In this document: piece by piece, positions 40,459 to 45,545 of the stretch | Layout of the letters: every line of letters starts with the position of its first letter | Numbering within the stretch: position 1 is the first letter of the stretch | Origin: Chlamydiota bacterium | GTDB taxonomy: Bacteria > Chlamydiota > Chlamydiia > Chlamydiales > SM23-39 | Direction: 5' to 3' | DNA length: 45,545 nucleotides | NCBI GenBank assembly: GCA_039179045.1 | Contig: JBCDEZ010000004.1 | Span: 1 to 45,545 of the forward strand | Made by a program: the position numbers and the translations under genes | Notes under the pieces: model-generated | What the model saw: only the letters and a program-made list of their open reading frames with translations | Told to the model about the DNA's origin: nothing | Database searches by the model: none

Positions 40459-41183
40459 CTCAAAGCATAGAGTAAGATGCTTCCCGAAGAGGCGACATTG
40501 TACGACTCGATCTTGGAGTGCATCGGGAGAGTTAAGGGAGTAGCGCGGGGATAAGAAGAGGGATTGGCTCCCTGCCCTTCGGAACTCAAGATGAGAGCTA
40601 ACGGACGGATGGGACGCGCTCTATCCAAAGCCTCTCCACGCAGATCTGCTAGGTAGGGATGCAAGCCTTTTTCCTCCAAAAGAATTTGCAGTTCCTGGCA
40701 GCTCAGTGCTTGGCACGGCAGATAAAAGGGCGCTCCTTTGGAAGCGCGTAGCGCTTTGTCTCCCCAAGGATCGGCTGTCTCCCCAACGAGGGCTGCCCCC
40801 GCCCACTTGAGGCCGAGTGCTGTACGCAATAAGGTGCCTACGTTGCCCGGGTCTTGTACGCCGTCGAGAACGAGAAGGGGACCTTTTCCTGCAAGTTTGC
40901 TCTCTTTTTTCGGGAAAAAAGCGGCGTATCCGTCAGGCGAGGGCATTCCTGTGATTTTCCGCAAAACGGTAGGCGTTACCTGGTATACAGCGGCGCCTGG
41001 AAAAGAAACGGGCTCCACGCTGAATACTACCTCAGGTAAAAAATCGCGGGCGAGCTCGAAGAGCATTTTTTTTCCTGAGACCAAGATCTGGTTCGTCTCC
41101 TCGCGAAAGCGCTTGCTTTTCCGCAGAAGAGAGGCATCTTTCACAAGCTTATGTTGCAGGCTCCGAATCTGTTTTGCTACCAT
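40455..41183 (-). CDS. SpoU/TrmH-family RNA methyltransferase
   Basis: VQDPGNVGTLLRTA, SEGQG, LPM...ESYNVA. Start set at MVAKQI. Confidence 0.88.
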   Translation of the reverse strand: MVAKQIRSLQHKLVKDASLLRKSKRFREETNQILVSGKKMLFELARDFLPEVVFSVEPVSFPGAAVYQVTPTVLRKITGMPSPDGYAAFFPKKESKLAGKGPLLVLDGVQDPGNVGTLLRTALGLKWAGAALVGETADPWGDKALRASKGAPFYLPCQALSCQELQILLEEKGLHPYLADLRGEALDRARPIRPLALILSSEGQGANPSSYPRATPLTLPMHSKIESYNVASSGSILLYALR

Positions 41184-41212
41184 CGAATTAACCGGAAAAA
41201 GCTGTAGAATAG

Positions 41213-43042
41213 ATGGGAAAACAACCGACACAAAAAAGCGTAGTCCTCTCCCTTGCTGCGCGCATCTTTTTCATCAATGTACTCATTTTAGTTCTGCCAC
41301 TACTGGTACATAGTGTATTCTCTTACCGCGAAGAGTACAAGCTCCAGGTAAAAGACGCCTTCACCTCATTGCGGATCATTGCATCAAACCGTGCTCGTCT
41401 GCTGCAGGATCTATTCAAAGCGCAAGAAAATATGCTGCGCCTCGTCGAGCAAGCGGTGGTCAATAAGAAAAAAGGTGCGAATAGGACCCCATTAAAAAAA
41501 TATTTTCAAGAAGCGACATCCCTTTCCGATGCGTGGAATCTGTTCTACTTGAAGATCGGCCCCAAGGGTACTTTGGAGTGCGTTGCGTCCGCTCGCCCCT
41601 GTTCCCCTCTTTTGCCTCAATTGCAGAAATTTATTGGAGACAAGAGGTTTCTCTATGTGCGCGTTTTTCAAGGAGAGGCGCGCGCGCTTTTCTACGTCGG
41701 CAAAACGGTATTCGATCCCAAGACAGGCTCTCCCTTGGGACTTTTGATCGTAGCAGATAGCGCGGAGAAACTGGTACAAGGTTTTGCACACCTCGATCAG
41801 AGCTCTTTTCTCTCTCTTTCTTTTGTCAATGGGGAAAATGAGATCCTCGCAAGCTCAGAGCCTCAATTGCGCGGCCAACAGATCGTAGAAGGGGAACATG
41901 CCTCTTCCAACTTCTCCCTCGTACCGATGGCAGGAATTGAAAAGGGATTCCTCTTTCGAGGTAACAATTTGGCTGTGAAGTTCTCCGTGCCAGGCCTTCC
42001 GGGCTACCTTCTTCTTGATATACTCGAGTCGCACGTAAAAAGCCTGCACATCGACATCTACCTTTACCGTCTAGGGCTCTTGCTCTTTTTCATTGTGATC
42101 GTGGGAGGCGCAATTTGCATCGGTTGCACACTTCGGATGGCACGCCCTTTGCGCGAGCTTTTCTCTGTCATGGATCTCGTAAGACGTGGAGAGACCAATG
42201 CGCGCTACCGTCAAGATCGCCTCGGCTTTGAGATCAACACCCTGGGAAGTCACTTCAATAGCATGATCCGCGCTGTACTAGATGAGCAGAAAAAATCAGC
42301 AAAGGAGCGCGCCCAAAAAGAGATCTACGCGCAAGAGCTTCTGTTCGGGCATGAGATTCAAGAGAGCTTACTCCGATTCGATAAAAGCGGCATCCCCATC
42401 GATGTAGAGAGCTATTACGCCTCTTCAAAAGAGGTAGGAGGAGATTTTTACGACCTTTTTTTCAAAGACCAAGATACTCTCTACTTTTCCCTAGCAGACG
42501 TCTCGGGCAAAGGGGTCTCCGCTTGCCTCTACGCCTTGGGACTGCGTAGCTCTTTAAGGACAAGCGTTCCGATCGCCTCATTGGAACAAGCTCTTTTAAG
42601 AGCCAACCATCTCTTCTATCTCGACGCGCAAGATACGGGGATGTTTGCGAGCATATGGGCAGCATACTACCAGATCAAAACGGGAGAACTCACCTACGTC
42701 AATGCGGGGCATTGGCCTTCCCTTTTGCGGCGCAAGACAGGAGAGATTCTTTCTTTGGATACCAAAGCTCCCTCTTTGGGAATCGAGGATAACTCCACGT
42801 TTTCCCCGGAAACAATCACTCTTTTTCCAGGAGATGTGCTCGTACTTTACTCGGACGGAATTTTAGAGATGCGCAATGCACGAGGGGAGTTTTATGGCAA
42901 AGAACGGTTGCAGCGCTCGCTAAAAAATACAGCCGATTTCTCAGCAGCAGAAATTCTAGACAGCATTTCTGCCGATTACGACGCCTTCCGAGGGGCCTTG
43001 AAGCCGGAAGATGACGTCACGGTATTGGTCTTACGCTTTTGA
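41213..43042 (+). CDS. rsbU: Membrane sensor phosphatase, RsbU-like (TM-sensor-TM-HAMP-PP2C)
   Basis: Two TM helices, a HAMP segment, and PP2C motifs VGGDFYD, ADVSGKG, NAGH, YSDG, DDVT. Confidence 0.85.
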   Translation: MGKQPTQKSVVLSLAARIFFINVLILVLPLLVHSVFSYREEYKLQVKDAFTSLRIIASNRARLLQDLFKAQENMLRLVEQAVVNKKKGANRTPLKKYFQEATSLSDAWNLFYLKIGPKGTLECVASARPCSPLLPQLQKFIGDKRFLYVRVFQGEARALFYVGKTVFDPKTGSPLGLLIVADSAEKLVQGFAHLDQSSFLSLSFVNGENEILASSEPQLRGQQIVEGEHASSNFSLVPMAGIEKGFLFRGNNLAVKFSVPGLPGYLLLDILESHVKSLHIDIYLYRLGLLLFFIVIVGGAICIGCTLRMARPLRELFSVMDLVRRGETNARYRQDRLGFEINTLGSHFNSMIRAVLDEQKKSAKERAQKEIYAQELLFGHEIQESLLRFDKSGIPIDVESYYASSKEVGGDFYDLFFKDQDTLYFSLADVSGKGVSACLYALGLRSSLRTSVPIASLEQALLRANHLFYLDAQDTGMFASIWAAYYQIKTGELTYVNAGHWPSLLRRKTGEILSLDTKAPSLGIEDNSTFSPETITLFPGDVLVLYSDGILEMRNARGEFYGKERLQRSLKNTADFSAAEILDSISADYDAFRGALKPEDDVTVLVLRF

Positions 43043-44236
43043 AACTACACGCAAAAAAAGTAGGTCAGGATCATCGATATCTTCGTTCACCGAGAGTTTT
43101 TCCGCGGCGAGGAGAAGCTCTCCAAAATTCTTGCCTGGAGAGATGCCCTTTTGCATCAAGTAAGCAGAGGAGAGCACTGGGGAAGAGTCCTGTTTTCTTC
43201 GGATGTGCTTGGAAAGGCGCTTTTTCCGCTTTTCGTGTTCATTCAGCCAACTCTTTTCTCTCTCCCCTAGACCATATGCAGTGATCTCGAGGTATAAATG
43301 GCTAAGATCTGCCGCGTAGAATTGCACCCAAGAGTACTCATCGATCGAAGAATGTTCCAAGAGGATTTCCGTCTCGATCCAAAAACTTGCAACCTGCTTT
43401 TCCCGGTTTGAAAGCTTTGCGTAGCAGACCAGAGCAAGGAGGTGATCTCGCGAGAAAAAGGGACGGAGATAGACAATCAGAGGAAGAGAGCTTGGGTAGC
43501 GCTTCAATGGCAGGAGTTTTTGTTTCCAAAGCGGGGGCGTTAAAGGCACATACATAGGGAAAATCTCCTGAAAAAGACCGAGAGAAAAAAGGGAGGAAAA
43601 AGCCTCAACCCGCGTTGAATGATCGCACATCTTGCGCAGCTCTTGCATCACCCGTTCCATTGCTACGGAGGGAAATAGCGCGCGCGCATGCGCCTCAATC
43701 GCCTCTTTTGTCTCCGGTTCAATTACAAAACCGAGCTTGCAGCTGAGGCGAATAGCACGCAGCATCCGCAAGCGGTCCTCTTCGATCCTAAGGTGCGGAT
43801 TTCCGATCGCACGAAGGCGCCGCTTTTTGAGATCTTCTTGTCCTCCCACATAGTCGATCACCTCTTGCCGCAGTGGGTCGAAGAAGAGCCCATTGATGGT
43901 GAAGTCACGGCGCATCGCGTCGCTTTTCGCATCGGTGAACACAACACTTGTAGGACGCCTCCCATCGGCATACGAGACATCGGAGCGGAACGTAGCGACT
44001 TCGAATGACTTGCCTTGGAGCACTACGAGAACGATACCAAAAGCAAGTCCGATGGGAACGGTTTTAGGGAATAGCTCCATCACAACACAAGCAGGAGCAT
44101 CGGTGGCAAGATCGATGTCTGCCGACTCGATCCCGAGTAGATAGTCGCGTACCCATCCTCCTGCAAAGTAGCAGGTAAAACCCTGGCTTGTGAGCGTTTT
44201 TACGATGCATAGCGCTTCAGGATCGATGGATGGCAT
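43031..44236 (-). CDS. CCA-adding tRNA nucleotidyltransferase / poly(A) polymerase family
   Basis: GGWVRD, DIDLAT, EVATFR, flexible loop YADGRRP, RRDFTIN, EDRLRMLRA. Confidence 0.9.
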   Translation of the reverse strand: MPSIDPEALCIVKTLTSQGFTCYFAGGWVRDYLLGIESADIDLATDAPACVVMELFPKTVPIGLAFGIVLVVLQGKSFEVATFRSDVSYADGRRPTSVVFTDAKSDAMRRDFTINGLFFDPLRQEVIDYVGGQEDLKKRRLRAIGNPHLRIEEDRLRMLRAIRLSCKLGFVIEPETKEAIEAHARALFPSVAMERVMQELRKMCDHSTRVEAFSSLFSLGLFQEIFPMYVPLTPPLWKQKLLPLKRYPSSLPLIVYLRPFFSRDHLLALVCYAKLSNREKQVASFWIETEILLEHSSIDEYSWVQFYAADLSHLYLEITAYGLGEREKSWLNEHEKRKKRLSKHIRRKQDSSPVLSSAYLMQKGISPGKNFGELLLAAEKLSVNEDIDDPDLLFLRVVSKA

Positions 44237-44245
44237 TTTGTCTCC

Positions 44246-45022
44246 TCAAAAAGCTGTGATCGCTGCGAAGGAAAATGCCTGTTCATCGAGCCATCTCCCT
44301 TCAAAATTGACGTACAAACCTCGAGACATTCTCAGCGAGAGCCCAGTAAAGACGCCCCACCGGTTCTGTTCTCGGAGCTCCCAAGGCTTGTCGCGAGCTC
44401 GACCATGTACCTCCACGATTTTTTCCCCATACTTGCCTCCCAAATAGGCGGAAAAGGGCCCGAAAGAGTGGACAGCGCCAAGCGCAATATGCCACTCTTC
44501 GATCTCTAAATAGTGTCTTGAGGTCTCTACGTTCCAGGGATACCACGCCTCGATTTTTTCGATGAGCTCTTTGGAAGAGGGAAGAGAGAAAAACTGGATA
44601 TCCATCCCAATCAGAGTCGAAAACCAGCGGAGTAAGATCATCTTCGCGCCCAAGCTGTACGAGAAGTGGTTCTTTGTTTCGAAAGAACCCACCCGTTTAT
44701 CTCCGCCTTGTTGGTGCGTGTTCCAATCCATTGTTTCTTCGGAAACGCCTAAGTAAGCGTAAAGAGAAAAACGGCGTAAGAGCGTGCAGCAAAGAGCGCT
44801 CCAGTTGGAGACAATCTGAAATTCTTCGATCTCTTCGAGACAAGAGCCCGGATCGGGCCGCAGTTTCTTATCCCACGTCGTATCGTAAACGTAACCGCTT
44901 GAGACGGTAATCAAGTAGTTATGAACGCTGAATAAACCTGTTTGCAGAAGAGAAGACGAGGCAGGATTGCCCACATACAGCCCCTCCAAAAGGAAGGGGA
45001 AAAAAAGACACCAACGCAACAT
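44246..45022 (-). CDS. MOMP-like outer-membrane beta-barrel protein
   Basis: Short signal peptide then LYVGNPASSSLL (cf. MOMP LPVGNPAEPSL), alternating beta-strand pattern, C-terminal Phe. Confidence 0.75.
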   Translation of the reverse strand: MLRWCLFFPFLLEGLYVGNPASSSLLQTGLFSVHNYLITVSSGYVYDTTWDKKLRPDPGSCLEEIEEFQIVSNWSALCCTLLRRFSLYAYLGVSEETMDWNTHQQGGDKRVGSFETKNHFSYSLGAKMILLRWFSTLIGMDIQFFSLPSSKELIEKIEAWYPWNVETSRHYLEIEEWHIALGAVHSFGPFSAYLGGKYGEKIVEVHGRARDKPWELREQNRWGVFTGLSLRMSRGLYVNFEGRWLDEQAFSFAAITAF

Positions 45023-45143
45023 ATACGCTATTCTAGCATGGGCTACAATTGTGCAGGTAGTATGCATTGACCATCTTGCATGAAGAATGAATCGATACAG
45101 CAAAATCATCGATATTTATCCTCCTCATATGAGAGGAGCTCGT

Positions 45144-45245
45144 TATAGCGTTAATCACCTAAGTTTCAGGTTTTCAATCACCAAGAATTGGCTATCTTCA
45201 GGCAAAATATTGCGCGATGGTTTTTTTCGGCTAGCCCATGTAGGC
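45144..45245 (-). pseudogene. Possible IS630-like transposase 3' relic
   Basis: The minus strand reads PTWASRKKPSRNILP, resembling the IS630 TWANLK..IR C-terminus, and ends near a TATAGCG terminus-like sequence. Confidence 0.3.
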
Positions 45246-45545
45246 AGCGTGTCGGTTTTCGGTACTTTTACTTAACGGTCAGTTCTATCTACCATTTTTT
45301 GAGTTCCTCTAGGGCACCTCTTTGTTGGTGAAATGACCGTTTTACATCAGGTAGAGATCTTTTGGTGGTACATTTTTCCTATGCTACGCTTTTTCATTCA
45401 TTGAACCCAAAACTCGGGTCATTTAGGTCTGTTCTCGACAAGTAAAAAAGGCTTCGACCTCCTTATCTCCGGGCTCTACGCGTCGTCACTCCTCATTTAG
45501 AGAGACCGAGTCCAAGTTTTTGGAAATACTCGACTTTTTTCCTCC

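Noticed and set aside
45390..45545. Possible gene 3' end or IS end at the right window edge
   Set aside because: Too little sequence to assign a frame or family.

Overview
Mostly core genome of a Chlamydiota bacterium outside the Chlamydiaceae. The evidence is EUO, UhpC, the long chlamydial SecDF, Tsp, a flavodoxin-less CysJ-like protein, membrane RsbU, a MOMP-like porin, and gene blocks resembling C. trachomatis CT434-453, CT539-545, CT587-588 and CT684-687. Order: IS5/IS903-like transposase end, sufS-sufD-sufC-sufB, orphan membrane protein, trmL-aspS-hisS, hypothetical, uhpC-dnaE, DUF2905-trxA, cmk/plsC fusion-cdsA-uppS, secDF, recJ, euo, tsp, gltX, unannotated 51-aa lipoprotein, cysJ-like, ispF, Inc-like protein, eno, GT2 glycosyltransferase, GH1 glycosidase, rsgA, spoU, rsbU, cca, MOMP-like. 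Several long intergenic gaps contain decayed IS1634-family relics (four copies), one of which is interrupted by the IS903-like element. The best candidate for an undescribed system is a GT2 + GH1 pair, both with export/membrane-type N-termini, inserted on the opposite strand between eno and rsgA behind a triple GAATTTTCCC motif. Other notable points are the absence of omcAB at its usual locus, the Cmk-PlsC fusion, and a palindrome in the suf promoter spacer. No rRNA, tRNA or CRISPR array was recognised. All calls are by-eye motif recognition and recalled gene order; no searches were run.
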